Shown here piece by piece: positions 24,581 to 37,726 of a stretch of 64,000 nt of DNA. This stretch comes from Isurus oxyrinchus. Its lineage: Eukaryota. The notes below the pieces were generated by a model. It saw nothing but the letters and a program-made list of their open reading frames with translations. It made no database searches and was not told where the DNA came from. Location of the stretch: positions 51,150,001-51,214,000 of the forward strand of contig JANJGN010000008.1 of the NCBI GenBank assembly GCA_026770705.1, read 5' to 3'. The first letter of the stretch is position 1, and the number at the start of each line of letters is the position of its first letter. Position numbers and translations under genes: made by a program.

Positions 24581-24739
24581 GATGACTTTTGTATGCAATG
24601 TGATTTGATTCTTCCATTTGGTTTGGAATGTTTATTTTGTGATGGCATTTATTTTTGTATTTTGGCCAAGCAAACACTGCAATGGTCAGTGACAGGGGGA
24701 AGGTTAAATGTAAGACTGCTGGTCGTGATGAAGTGGGTT

Positions 24740-25600
24740 GCAGGTACTAATATCGAACTCGGATGAGTTCTTCACAGACAGCCTGACCATAAAGGGGCCT
24801 CCTTTTCAGCTGGTCACCGTATAGTTGGTGACAAGGGTTGTACCAACACAATGTCAAGAATGTGCAGGATGCAGCAGACTGTCATGAGTCTTGACACACT
24901 CTACAAGTACTGCTGGGCTCCTCCAGAGTCGTCAGTGGAGAGCCTTTCTCACCCAGTAGCTATCCTTTGATTTGCTATATTACATTTAAATGCAACTGAT
25001 ACAGCCGGCTACCACAGAAGGAAGGCATCATCACTGATGCCAGGGTTTTGGCCTGCACAATTCTCTGCATATGGCCACACAGCAGCTGGATGTTGACGGA
25101 GTAGAAATCCCTTTCTATTGTGTCACTGTTAACATGCAGCACCCAGAAAGCTGTGTGTGCAGTTAATGGCAACCAACACCATGATGAAGCTTGCTATTCT
25201 ACTGAATACATGTGCTCACTTGGCTTGCTTCTCTCTAGTGAGAGAAAATATGCAATGCAGTTAGCTCTCAATGAATAGAATGTCCGTGACCTCCTTTATG
25301 CAACAGAGGATGACAAATTGCAAAATGTTGCAAATATCTTCAGCACAGCCTGGAAGGAATTAGATATGTAGAAGTTCATTGCCATGGTTACCTACATAGC
25401 CATTGGCAATGCAGTCCTTGCCTTGCTCGGAGGTTGCAGTTGTGGTTTCAGCAATGGCAGACTTAAATGACGATGTCCTCATTGAAACACAGATGTTGCA
25501 TACATTGTTCCTCACTGAAGTTCATACTGGAGAATCACTCCCTGAACATCCTGGGTGGATATGGTGTCCCACCAGGAGCCCTTCCTTCCCTCCTCCTCCC
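24740..25600 (-). pseudogene. Harbinger (HARBI1-like, DDE_Tnp_4) transposase remnant
   Basis: Minus-strand fragments YPPRMFRE*FSSMNFSEEQC, RTALPMAM*VTMAMNFY..NSFQA, NRKGFYSVNIQLLC (frameshifted), G*LLGEKG and SGGAQQY..VSRLMTVCCILHI match HARBI1-family motifs (NRKG.HS.N.Q.VCD; WLLGD; GALQY..ACCVLHN). Confidence 0.85.
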
Positions 25601-26189
25601 TCTTCCATCAGTTTATTCAGTTTTGCATGTCCTCTGTTCAATCACTTAGTCATTCCCTTAGAATACATCATGACTATTCGTGCCCCAATGCCTGGGAGGA
25701 ACTGGTTTATGCAGAAGCCTTGAAGTCAGCTAAAGCTCCTTCAGTACCAGCTCCTTCAACATACAATTCCCTGTAGACTTTGGCAACTTGAAACATCTGT
25801 AGAAAGCAAACAGTTGTAAAATTGAAGCCAGAGAGAAAAAGAAAAAAAAAATCAACTAGCAATTAACCTGCAAGTAATTGATGATTGCTTTAAGTACTGC
25901 TGGTGGGTGTGGGGGGGGGGGGGGGGGGGGTGTCGGTCTTTCCTGCTGTTGAATGTGTTCAGCTGTGAGAGGTTAAGACGGCGTATTAGCTGGAGTACTA
26001 AATGCCAAAAAAATCAATGCTGGCATCAAATCAGTGTTGCATGCTGATTGAGGTCATGATCTGCCTGCTCTGTTTACTTGTAGCAGGGGTTCACTGCACC
26101 TGTGCTAATTCTTTCACCAATACAGGGCCCAGCACGGGTCAATTCAAAACTTTGCATGCAGCCACGGACATCAAACAATAGCTGCAATA

Positions 26190-26690
26190 CTCAACAACAT
26201 ACTTATTTAGCACCTTTATAAAACTATACAACACCCAAAGGCACTTTACAGGAGCATTATAAAACAAATAAGACACCGAGCCACGGAAAGATTAAACAAC
26301 AGGGACTAACAATCTGAATTTCACATTGCTTGAATTTATATAGCATCGAATCATGTTCTCAGGAGGTCCAAAAGTGCTTTCTAACCAGCAGATTATTTCT
26401 TAAAGTGCAGTCTCTACTGGCAAACATCTCATGTAGCATAGGACAAGATAATTTTGCATTTGTTGAGGAGGAGCGAAGGCATTAAGAAAATGTTACTCTT
26501 CTTGGTTAAGAGCCCTGGGATCTTTGACTTCCATTTGAACAAACAGGTGGACCCTCAGTTTAATATCTTACGTGAAAGAAGGTATCTCTGACAATGCATC
26601 ACTCCCTCAGCAATGTTCTGTTAAATCTAGACTATGGAGGAGAGCTTGAACTTACTTTCTGACAGAGGGAGAAAGTTACCAGTCAACACC
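26190..26690 (-). mobile_element. Deu-type (SacSINE1/AmnSINE1-like) SINE remnants
   Basis: gggatctttgacttccatttgaac..cagtttaatatct..gaaagaaggtatctctgacaatgcatcactccctcag; homologous to 30445-30900. Confidence 0.6.
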
Positions 26691-28824
26691 TATTGCTTAA
26701 CATATAATTAGGTAATATATATGATTAATGGTGGGGCTGGTACATAGTCATATCTATTTGCCAAGAAAATTTAGAAGCAGAGTCTGCTCAAAGAACAATT
26801 GTTTGCTGAAAAAGTACTTGAGATTTCAGACAATTGCTTGAAGGATATTGCTGAAAATTGGATGTGAGAACATCGAATCATACAGCACAGAAGGAGGCTG
26901 TTTAGGATATCATGCCTATTCCAGCTCTATGAAAGGGCTATTCAATTAATTCCATTCCCCTACTGCTGCCCCACAGCCCAATAAATACTTCCTTTTTAAG
27001 TATATTTCTTAACACCTTTTGAAAGTTACCACTGAATGTGTTTTCACAAGACTTTCAGGCAATGCTTTTCTATCATGATAACTTGTGTTGAAGATTTAGT
27101 GCCTGCCATGACAAACGGCTGTTGCTCTAGCTCTTCATCTCCTATTGGTGGCGCCACGATTTAATAAGATCATGTGCCTGCCCATGCAGTAGTCAGGATA
27201 ATGGCAATGCACTCAAATTTTACATGGTTCATGGTCCTGGTGTACTATACACCAAGCAGAAGTTCAAACTCCACTCAGTATCTCATGACCAACTATTGAC
27301 TATTTTGCTTTGGGGGTGTGGGGGGAGGGTGGTGTGTGGTGTAGTGGTTGGAGGAGGAAGGGAAGAAAAGCTTAGCAGGGTCTTTTTGGGAGTTGGGATG
27401 GCTCCAAGTTGAAGTATCCAGCCATGTAAGTGTAGAATTAAGTCGTCACTGTGGCAGATTCAGTCAACTGATACCTAAGCCAGGTAGGTCTGCAGTATGC
27501 CAGGGTTCTATTGATGGTTACCCAGTGAACCTAACATAATAAAAAAAGTGGAGGGTTAGATCTGCCACTGTTGGCTGGTATTGTCTCACCTCAGACTCCA
27601 ATAACTTATGAAATCAATAGCCTAAGCAGTAGAGTGATCTTGTCTTGACAACTGTCAGAAGTAGTTTTGTTCATCATAGAAGATGATGTAGGTGCTAGGA
27701 AATGGAATTTTCCATTGCAGGCACATATTAGCTCTGGCTTTAAATCCAGAGGAAATCCTTTTTACAATCAATCTCTAAAATCTTTTTCTTTTTAAATTTA
27801 GTCCAAACTTTTGCTTTGCATCTGTTACTGTTATTCTGTAATTGCTGAGAGGCCTAGTGCTGATTTAACTTGTTATTTTGCTCCTTGTTGCTGAGAATTT
27901 AAAACTGCTTTGCTGTGAAGTAAAGTGAGCAGTATAACTGGTTTACTCCTTCCAGAAATTAATTAAGAAAGGATGAATTTGCAAACATGAGCAATCAAGT
28001 AGGCAATAAATGCTGGCCTTGCCATCTTGATACCCACATTTCCATGAATGAATAATAAAAAGAAAACTAATTTCAATGAAATGGGCTCATCCTAACCTCC
28101 AACTATCTAAAGTTTTCATTTCACTTCTTTAAGTGAAAGGCTAGAAAATGCCAGCCTTTTCTCCATACTTTCTCCAAGATTAAGAAATGATGAATTAACA
28201 AAATTTAATATTGCAGGAAAAGACCATTACCACTATTTTACATCTCATTACTGCTTCCCACTGCCCCACAACCCTAATGGATCTCATTTCCAGCAAAATA
28301 GCTGAACAGTGGGCAGATCGTAGGGAATAACAACTCGGAGCTCAAATTTAGCATACAATATTCACCATGTTATTTTACATATTTGAACACATGAACAGAA
28401 GAAAGGTCATATGTGCGGGATAAAATAGCACAAACTTACACTAGGAATGTATTTTGGTTTCAAAAATATACTTTACCATTTAAAATCTCATTTTTCACTT
28501 GAGGAAAATGTCAAAAACTGTAAATGCGGAATAATAAAAATAAAGTCAATTAGCATATTCAAGTTATAAAACTTACAGACACAAGAACAGAATTTTGTTT
28601 ATGCACAATTATATTCAATACAAAATTGGTTAACAAAAATATGCTAATGATAAATGTTGTTTAATCATTAACATTTCTCAAAATTGTAAAACTACTATCT
28701 CTATGGGCTTTATCTCCAGCCTCACGTGTATCTTGCAAGATTTACACATATAAGTTAAATTTTCCTTATCCTGACTGACATTTTAGCTTCTTTTTGACAC
28801 CACTTTATGATAGTACAGATATAA

Positions 28825-30400
28825 CACAAAGGAACAGAGAAATTCATTCTGCCCTGAGCCTTTTCTGCCATTTAATTAGATCATGGCTGATCTATAACTC
28901 AACTCCATTTACCCATTGTTGTTTCATATCCCTTGATATTCTTATTTAACAAAAATCTATTGATTTGAGTCTTAAATTTTAAAATAACCCAGCACCCACA
29001 GTCTTTTGAGAGAGCAAGTTCCAGATTTCCACAATCCTTTGTGTGAAAAATGCTTCCTGATTGTGCTCCTCAATGTCCAAGCTCTAATTCTAAGATTATG
29101 CCTTTTTGTTCTGGATTCTCTCACCAGAAGAAATAGTTTCTGTATTTGTCATATTGAATCCCTTAATCATATGAAATATCTTAATTCGATCACCTCTCAG
29201 CCTTCCCAGCAATATAATCCACATTTATGCAACATGTCCTCATCATATGGCTTAACCGGTTAAATTATCATCTACTGAGTGCTGCACCTTTTCCACGATC
29301 AATAAATCTTTTCTAAGGTTCGGTTATCCAAACTGAATGTTATACGCTAAACCGGGTCTCTCAAAAACGTTACATTTCTTTTTTTTCATTACTTTTTGTA
29401 TCCGTGCACAAGCTTTTCACTGATTTATATGGACATCTAAATCCCTTTGCTCCCCATAGCTCCTACTTTCTCACACTTAATATTCTAGTTTGTCTTTCTT
29501 AGAAAGAAAGTGGATGCCCTGAAACTCTTCCACGTTGAACTCCATTTGCCATAATTTTGGCCAGTCTATTTCATCTTCCTGGTCCAATCACATATCTTAC
29601 TATCTCTCCTAAATTAGTGTAATCTGAAAATTTGGATATACAACACTATTTCCTCATCCAAGTCATTGATTTAAAAGGTAAAAGCTGTGTTCCAATTACA
29701 GATCCCTGTCACATCCTGCCAATTGGAGAATGAACCCTTTATCCCTATTCTATCTTCAACCTCCCAGAAAATTACCAATCCATGTCACATGGTTATCTCT
29801 AATTCCAATGCACTAATTTTTGGTAACTTTTCCCTTCCGTGGAAAATTATCAAATGCCTTCTGGAAGTCAATATAGACGATATCCATACATTTGCATATC
29901 CATCACGGTAGCAATCTCTTTCAAAAAAAATCAATCAACTAGATGATTCAGACGTGACCTAGCCTTCACAAATCCATCCTGACTTTGATCGGTTCATACT
30001 TGTCCTAGTGCTCAGTCACGCTGATAAATTACAGCATTTTCCTAACAATTGATATTAGTCTAACTACAGACCCAGTCTAATAGGTCTATAATTTCCTATT
30101 TTTTTCTCTCCCACACTTTTCTTAATTAATAGGGAGACATTTACAATTTTTCAATTCAAAGACACAATTCCTAAACCACCAAGTTTTGGAAAATCTGCAC
30201 TTTCCTCAACTACTTCTTCTAATATTCTGGCCTGGAAATCATCAAGTCTGTGTGAACTGTATTTTAATTCTCATCATTTGGTTACTTTTCTCCCACCATT
30301 CATTAAATCCACTAAGTTTGTCTCCTTATAATTTTTAGGTTTAATTGTACTGCCGGTATTTTGTCCTTAATAATTTTGTCCTCAAGGCATCCAATGGTCT
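28825..30400 (-). mobile_element. Old CR1 LINE ORF2 3' fragment
   Basis: Reverse-complement CR1 tail (gccatttaattagatcatggctgatct) and RT motifs on the minus strand (DIVYIDFQKAFDN; SKFSDYT). Confidence 0.75.
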
Positions 30401-30444
30401 ACTCCTGCTCCTATTTCATATATTTGTATGTACTTTGTAAAAAA

Positions 30445-30900
30445 AGAAAGACTTGCATTTATATAGCATTTTTCATACCATCAAAAGTCTCAAAGCATTT
30501 TGCAGCCAATTAAGTACTTTCTTGGGGGTAAGTGTGGTCACTGTTGTAACAATGTGACAGTTAATTTGTGCTCAGCAAAGTCCCAAAAACAACAATGTGA
30601 AAAGACTAGGTAGTCAACATCACAAAAAAAACTGATTGACGGATAAACATTGGCCAGGGCATCAGGATTAACTCCCTTGCTCTTCTTCAAAATAATGCCA
30701 TGGGATCTTTTACATCCACCTGAACAGGTAGATAGTTTAACATCTCATCCAAAATGTGGCACCTCCGACAGTGCAATGCTCCCTCAGTACTACACTGGAG
30801 TGTCAAGCTCGATTTTTGAGCTCAAGCCCTGCAGTGGAACTTGAACTGGAACCCTTGTGATTCAGAGGCGAGTGTGCAACCAACTGAGCCACAACTGACA
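30445..30900 (-). mobile_element. Deu-type SINE (SacSINE1/AmnSINE1-like), near full length
   Basis: Minus strand: tRNA-like head (tgtggctcagttggttgcacactcgcctctgaatcacaagggttc), Deu-like core (aaagatcccatggcattattttgaagaagagcaagggagtt..ctggccaatgtttatcc) and tail (gctatataaatgcaagtctttc). Confidence 0.8.
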
Positions 30901-33900
30901 TTGTATGATATTTTCCTTTAATTGTGTATTCAACACAATCTGACCTATTGAAAATGCAATCAAATTAAATTGCAAATAGAGCAGAACTCTCTATTTGTTT
31001 TGTATGACATTAATAAGTGTTCTCCAGGATAAATCCTCATAGCAGCATTAAGAACTTATATTAAGAATTTAAGAACTCCCTTCAAATAACATCTTAAAAA
31101 AATTAACCCACATCAAGAATTTTGGCATCCTAAATGGAGAGTGCATATTTGAGGTTGGAATATGGAAACCTAATGTTTCATCAATGGACCATGGCTTATT
31201 GAACCCATTCACAGTTCATTAAAATTAATGCGAAGTGGACATTAACAGGCACTGAGCTAAGAAATGGAAAGTTATGGTTACATGCACCAGTCTTGGGTGG
31301 AAAGGTGTCTCACCCAAAACTGAACTAATTTTTAAAAAACTTTTTAAATTAAAAAGATGACCATCCTTTTAGGTCACAGTCAAGGATTTTCAAAAATTTC
31401 TTCCAAGTTCTAAAATGTTGCTCTTTGTGATTTTTCGACTCCTTAAGTTGAGTGATAATTAACAATAGAAATAGAACACTTTATTTTGAGGATCCAGCAT
31501 CAATATCAGTATCAAACATTCTCAACTAAGATGTAGCGTGATTAGATGTTACCCTTTGTGCTTTTGCCCTACCCCAAACTGACCATTTTTTTCTCACTTT
31601 TTCATATCAAAACCAGCCATACCACAGCAGGAAACTGGGTTGAAACCAAATTTACTTCACACAGGATCTTTACAGCCAACCCAAGGTAGTTCAACTTAGC
31701 TAGAGCCAAATCCGCATCTTAGGTTAGTGTGGCAATTACACTGCGCCACCCAATTTCTCAAACTAGAAAATGTTTTGAATTTTATTACCCAAAACTCTTA
31801 TATCCCCAGTTTGTGCATAATTTGATCTCAATTAGGGCACTTTTGGGACACTACAATTGACTCGTGGGATAATTAACTAGGGTTTCTGTTTTTCATAGCT
31901 ATTTAGTTATCCTGACTGGAACTGCATGTTTTGGAGCACCCGGCAAGAACAAGATCAGGCTCAGCTTGATGCCCACTGCATTTGAATAGCTTATGCGAAT
32001 ACTATCAAAGCTTAAATAATGATCGAGATGGGGATGGGCGATGAGAATGAGAAGACAACATTCATGGAAGCATACCCTAAAGAGTCAACACCTTCTCAGG
32101 GGAGGCAAGGAACTCCAAAGCTTTGACAACGCCAGAAGCTTGGCAACGTTATCTTTTTATATGTTTGGCCATCAAAGATTTAAAACTACGTACCCATTGT
32201 CCTACCAATGTCAACTACAGGAGCAGAACTCCATGAATACAGCAATAGTAAGTCAGCTGCTAAAAGCAGCCCAGTATTACAGCATCAGACTCTAAATCCA
32301 GGGGCTGTGTATGAATCTCATCTTGACTGGTTTGTATTAAGACATCTTGGCTAAATTGCTGGACCACTGCATGACAACAAAAGTTAATCATCCACTGGTA
32401 TCAGAAGGAGGAAAAAAATGACTTAGCTCATAAAAGGTGCAATTCTTGTCAGTCAATCACACAAGCGAAGCATGTTGGTGTCCACAGATAATCCTGTGGC
32501 TCAAACCATTTCCTCATTACCAGCGAGAAGACACATAGGTACAGTAGGTAGCAGCAAGATATCCAAGTCATTTTCTTCTATCCTCCTTCAGGATGCATTT
32601 TAACTAGTCCCACTGACAGCATGGAGGAAGAAAAATGACTATTTTCTTTGTCCAAATTTTCTATCTTAGTTTATTGCAGCAATGATGTTTGAAATATTCT
32701 ACGCCTTAATCATATTACTATTATGTGATGTGTTCCCTAAAATAACATCTTATTCAAGTTTACAAGGGTGCATAGAATGGAAAAGTATGTTTTTTTGTTG
32801 CCTTTTCTTGCTGATAGCTGGTATAGAGCCATTGCACAGTGGGAAAATAATTGGGACTGGGTCTGTCCAAGAGTTTCATACTATAAGGATACATGATATT
32901 CCATTTCCCATTCTACATTAAAACCTAGCTCGCAATACCATTTTCGGTTTTCTTTTCTTGTTCAGCTGGAAGATTTTACTTTCTCAGTAGGATCAGTTCT
33001 AAATCTTTGCTTTGGAATCTGATTATTCCAACTTGTGAAGCTTTGACATCCTCTGTTTCTGTGTTGATATATTGTTTTTTCCAATTAAAAGTGCTCCACT
33101 ATATGCTCATACCAGGCTTCAAATATTGCACTTCCTGTTGTGGGCTTTGCTGAACACAAGAAGTTTTTGCAGGATGCACCTGAACTCACCAGGAGTCTGT
33201 CTTCAGTCCAAACCTAAAATGAAGCACAAACACTCCAGGTCAGAGAGATTCATCTAGTACTGTAAGAAATTGTAATTGGTTGTACCATCGACTGTTTCAA
33301 CACCCATGAAACCAGGTTGTAAACTGTCTTTTATGAAGTATCAAGAATTTCCAATGACACAATTGTCTTCCCAGTTCTTGCCTCAATACCTGAGTAGACT
33401 CTGGTAATACATGGTGTCGCAGTAATCTCAGCAGATGTTGAAGACAGCCCTTGTACTGTATAGTGCTGCAACATCTGCTATTAAGTCTTCCATGATTGTT
33501 CCAACCACCACCTTGATCAGGAAGGTGTCATCAAGAGGAACCTCTGACCTGGATCTATAGTTTGCCCGGCTAACACTCATGAATCCAGGTAGGTCTTTGA
33601 CATAGTCGCCTCTGCTCCGGCCAACATACATGGACCACGAGCAACATTAGAGGTTCTCTGCATTCTCTTGAATTCTTTATCTTATGGGAAATCTTTTTGC
33701 CTGAAACAGACCTAAAGCTGTTGGATCATGAAAGGCTTTACTCTGGCAAGTTCTTGGATGAGTACCACCCTCGTTTGAAATCATCCACCATGAAATTAGA
33801 CTTGATATCGCTATGGCAGCCCAGAGTGTTGTTTTGACTACAGGCCTTGATTTCAACCTTTGCTTCAAAAAGGTGACTGGTATTAGTCTTGGATGGTGTC

Positions 33901-35569
33901 CCAATTCAGTTGTCTTTGTCAGCTGTATTGGTTGTTCAGTTTGCTTTGACCAAATTACTTATTGGTCTCAAGGATTTTGCTGACTCAAGACAACTCTTTG
34001 AAATCTTCTAATTCAGAATGGGGGGTATTACTAGCATTTGGCACAACACCTCCAAGGCAGATCTTGCTTGTTCAAAATATGTCTAACAGAAATGGTTTTG
34101 AGTGTAAGCCTTCCTCTATTATCCCTTTTGCTTTAGTTCATGGGTCAGTCCTGAGTCTATTGAAGTTATCTACCTCATGTGGTTTTCTGTATTTCCCTTT
34201 ACACCAGCTCTATGGTTGACTGTAGATTTGCTTTGGAAGGACAAGCACAACTTTCCTCAGGCAGAGTGGACAACATTACAGTTCCAACAGCCAAATAAGC
34301 CATTTTTTTCTGTCTTGGATTCTTCACTGATGTTCCAAGTACTATACAGGACTGATATTTTTCAGTTTGAAAAAAAAAAAGTGTTGTTGGTACTCTTCAG
34401 GAAAGGGGGTGCAGGAATGCTCTGCTGCCTTGGATATCCTGTTCAATATACTGAACTAGTTTTGTATTTCACAAATTTCTGCGCATCTTCAGATAAAACT
34501 GCTGGGGCTCCCTTCCATGAAAAACACTTTCTGGAACAGGATGAAGAAATGTTTGAATATTTTCAGCAAAACAAAAACAAGATATTGATATTTATTTAAA
34601 AACATACACCAAAAATAGAAAACCATCCAAGAAGTGGTCCCAAAAGGTGATTAGCTCTAAAGTTGGAAAAAATTCATTGAGGAAAAATGTATTTACTTTA
34701 GGGTCAAAGCGATCACAATAGAGATCTGGGCCTAAGTAATCCACACAGAGCATCAGTAGAGCAGTGGGACTAAAACTAACCTTTTTTTTTCACGTTTTTC
34801 CCTCAGAACTAAGTATGAGAAATCATATTGTCCAAAACTAGAAGACCGTTTTAAACATTGTTACTTTAAAGGGATGGTTCATCTAAGATCAACTAGAAAA
34901 TAAAGAAACAGTATGTAGATGGCCAAAAAGATAAAAGGTCATGCTAATAACATTCTGTAGTTCTCAAACTGATGAGTCACTACTGACCCATTCTTCATCC
35001 TTTTCAGCATCCAAAATGATAACCTCAAATGGTTAACAAAGTTAGACAACCCTAAATGGTCTCAAGGTTCAACATTTTCATAAAAAGAGAAGAACATTGA
35101 TTAGTCAGCATGGATTTCAAAAGGGAAAATCTTGCTTGACCAATCTTAGCAAATTTTTGAGGTGCTAACAGAGAGCGTCGACAATAGGAATGTAGTCAAT
35201 GAAATTTATGTGGTCTTTCAAAAGGCCTGATGAGGTTCCCCATAATAGACTAATGAATAAGGTCAGAGAATATGGAGCAGGAGTCAAATGGCAGAACGGA
35301 TTGCTATCTGGTTTCAAGACAGAAATCAGAGTGAAAGAAAAGGGTAATTACTCAGAGTTGCAGAAGGACCACTTGGGAACACTGTGCTTGGGACCACTGC
35401 CATTCACAATTTACATTAATGATTCGGGCTTTGGAATCAAAAACACAATTTCTAAATTTGCATATGACATCGAATGTGGGTTTGAAGGATGGTATGCGTG
35501 GGGTTTGGGGGGTTGGTGAGGAAGAGAGATGGTCAGTACAAAAGAGGACTACAACAAATTAAGAGAGGA

Positions 35570-35796
35570 TAAAACAAAGAAAACTGCGGATGCTGGAAAT
35601 CCAAAACAAAAACAGAATTACCTGGAAAAACTCAGCAGGTCTGGCAGCATCGGCGGAGAAGAAAAGAGTTGACGTTTCGAGTCTTCATGACCCTTCGACA
35701 GAACTAGTTCTGTCGAAGGGTCATGAAGACTCGAAACGTCAACTCTTTTCTTCTCCGCCGATGCTGCCAGACCTGCTGAGTTTTTCCAGGTAATTC
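35570..35796. mobile_element. Young Penelope-LTR-like insertion containing a perfect 182-bp palindrome; 15-bp TSD
   Basis: 35615-35705 is the exact reverse complement of 35706-35796. TSD caaattaagagagga at 35555-35569 and 35796-35810. Confidence 0.9.
35706..35744 (+). ncRNA. Minimal type I hammerhead-ribozyme-like motif (mirror copy on the minus strand at 35667-35705)
   Basis: AGTT-CTGTCGA-A-GGGTC-atgaa-GACTC-GAAA-C-GTC-AACT: helix I AGTT/AACT, helix II GGGTC/GACTC, GAAA core, palindromic ACGT at helix III and a GUC cleavage triplet. The core differs from CUGANGA at A6 (U). Confidence 0.55.
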
Positions 35797-37695
35797 AAAT
35801 TAAGAGAGGACATTGATAAACTTGCAGAATGGGAAAATAATTGGCAAATGAAGCTCAACACAGACAAATGTAAGGTAGTACATTTTGTTTGGAAGAATTG
35901 GGAAGTAACAATACTTGAGGTACAAGCTAGGTGGGGTAGAAAGGGTCTTGGAGTATGAGTACACCAATCACTAAAATGTGGTGACTTAGCGAGACCATAA
36001 AAAAAGCAAACCAAGTACTAATGTTTATTTCTAGAGCGAGAGAATTGAAAATTAGCAAAGTTATGCTAAACCTGTATTGAACCTTGGTTAGACCACATTT
36101 AGTGTGCAGTTCCGATCGCCATATTATAAAAAGGATATAGAGGCATTGGAAAGGATGCAGAGATTTACAACTATGATACCAGAATTGCGAGGGTATACAA
36201 AAACAAAGGATAACAGGCTGGGTCTCTTTTCTATTGAAAGAATAAAGCTAAGGGATAACCAAATAGAGGTATTTAAAATTATGAAATGTTTTGATAGAGA
36301 TGATAAAGAGAAAATGTTTCCTCTTATGGGGAAGAGCATAACCAGAGGCCATCAATAGACAGATAGCCATCAAAACATCCAAAAGGAAAATCAGAAGAAA
36401 TTTCTTTACCCAAAGCGTGTTGAAAATGTGGAACTCACTATCATAGGGTGTAGTTGAAGTGCATTGTATAGATGCATTTAAGGGGAAATTGGACAATCAA
36501 ATGAGGGAGAAAGGAATAAAGGGTTACGATGGCAGATTTAGATGCTGAAAGATGGGAGGAAACTTGTGTAGAGCATAAACACTGGCTTAAATCAGTTGAA
36601 TTGAAAGGCCTGTTTCTGTGCTATTTATCCTAAGTAACCTTAGGTATGTAAAAACATATGGTCCACAATCAAAAATACTTAAGCAATGTACAGGATATCA
36701 GCCACTAAAACCTACAATACTCAGTTGATTATTCTTTAGCATGTTGTATGTTAGACATCAAAGTTTCATCTTATTTAAGAAAGCTGTTGGGATCATGGCT
36801 CATATCCTTTATAATATATCAAGCAGTAACAGGATCTTTACAATAGAAAGTCAACAAAAGTCATCACTTTAGTGACTCTTCTTAGGACTTATTCCACCGA
36901 GTTTAAGTGATAGCTTAGGTTGACTTTCAACTGTAAGGATTCTCAGTTGCTCCTAATGGATTGTACAGCAAATGAGTTCAAGTTCTAAACAGGGCTAAAT
37001 TAATCTCTACTAATTTAGCATTTGACTCTTAAAAAAGGGAAGTTTTATTCCAGAATACCATAAGGATCCAGTCCCTCACTCAGATTGCATCTTTTATAGG
37101 TATAACATAGCAAATTATACCTGAAATAGTCAGAACTGCATTTCTTCAAATCTCTGACAAATTTGCAATTATAATGCTGGCAAATACTCTAGAGTTTTGG
37201 ACTGAAGAAATTATTCCCTTCATGACCCAGCACCCTGGTGATTCTTTGAAAATCTCTAAATGCAGCACTGTTGATTCCATAAAGGCCAACTTCTCATATC
37301 AATTACAGCTAACATCTCTTGAACTTCTAATACTTCCCCCACAAGCTGGGTTCACTGTTGTAGAACAATGGTAGAACCTGTCACAGTTCCTTGCAGTTAA
37401 CCTCCACAGATGATTTAGCTCTTGAACACAAGAATATAGGCAAAGGATGAGAATAGGCTATTCAGTCTCTTGAGGTTCACCTCTCAATTCCATTAACTCC
37501 AATCACGGCATTCAATAGCATCTTGAATAATCAAAAGGTTTTTGCTTTTACTACATTGGTTGGTAGATTGTTGCAAATACTCACTAAGTAGAGAAAATGT
37601 TCCTTATGAGTTTTAAATTTACACCTGTCTTTCTTTTTTGGTGCACTAAAAAGTGCTAACCTTGGTTTATTGTATTCATACCACTTCAATACTTG

Positions 37696-37726
<31 letters not shown>

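Larger units (their letters stand above)
22610..26180. mobile_element. Degenerate PIF/Harbinger DNA transposon with two convergent pseudogenes
   Basis: Plus-strand Myb/SANT-like remnant and minus-strand HARBI1-like DDE transposase remnant (listed separately). Ends are approximate; TIRs not resolved. Confidence 0.8.
35090..36640 (+). mobile_element. CR1 LINE ORF2 (RT) 3' part, degenerate, interrupted by the palindromic insertion
   Basis: QHGFQKGKSCLTNL, VPHNRLMNKVR, LGPLPFTIYIND..ISKFAYD, YKKDIEALERMQR.FT.MIPELRG, LGLFSIE; CR1 tail ggcctgtttctgtgctat. Confidence 0.9.

Noticed and set aside
34177-34599. 140-aa plus-strand ORF
   Set aside because: It runs through an A homopolymer, has no known motif and is antisense to the candidate decayed exon.
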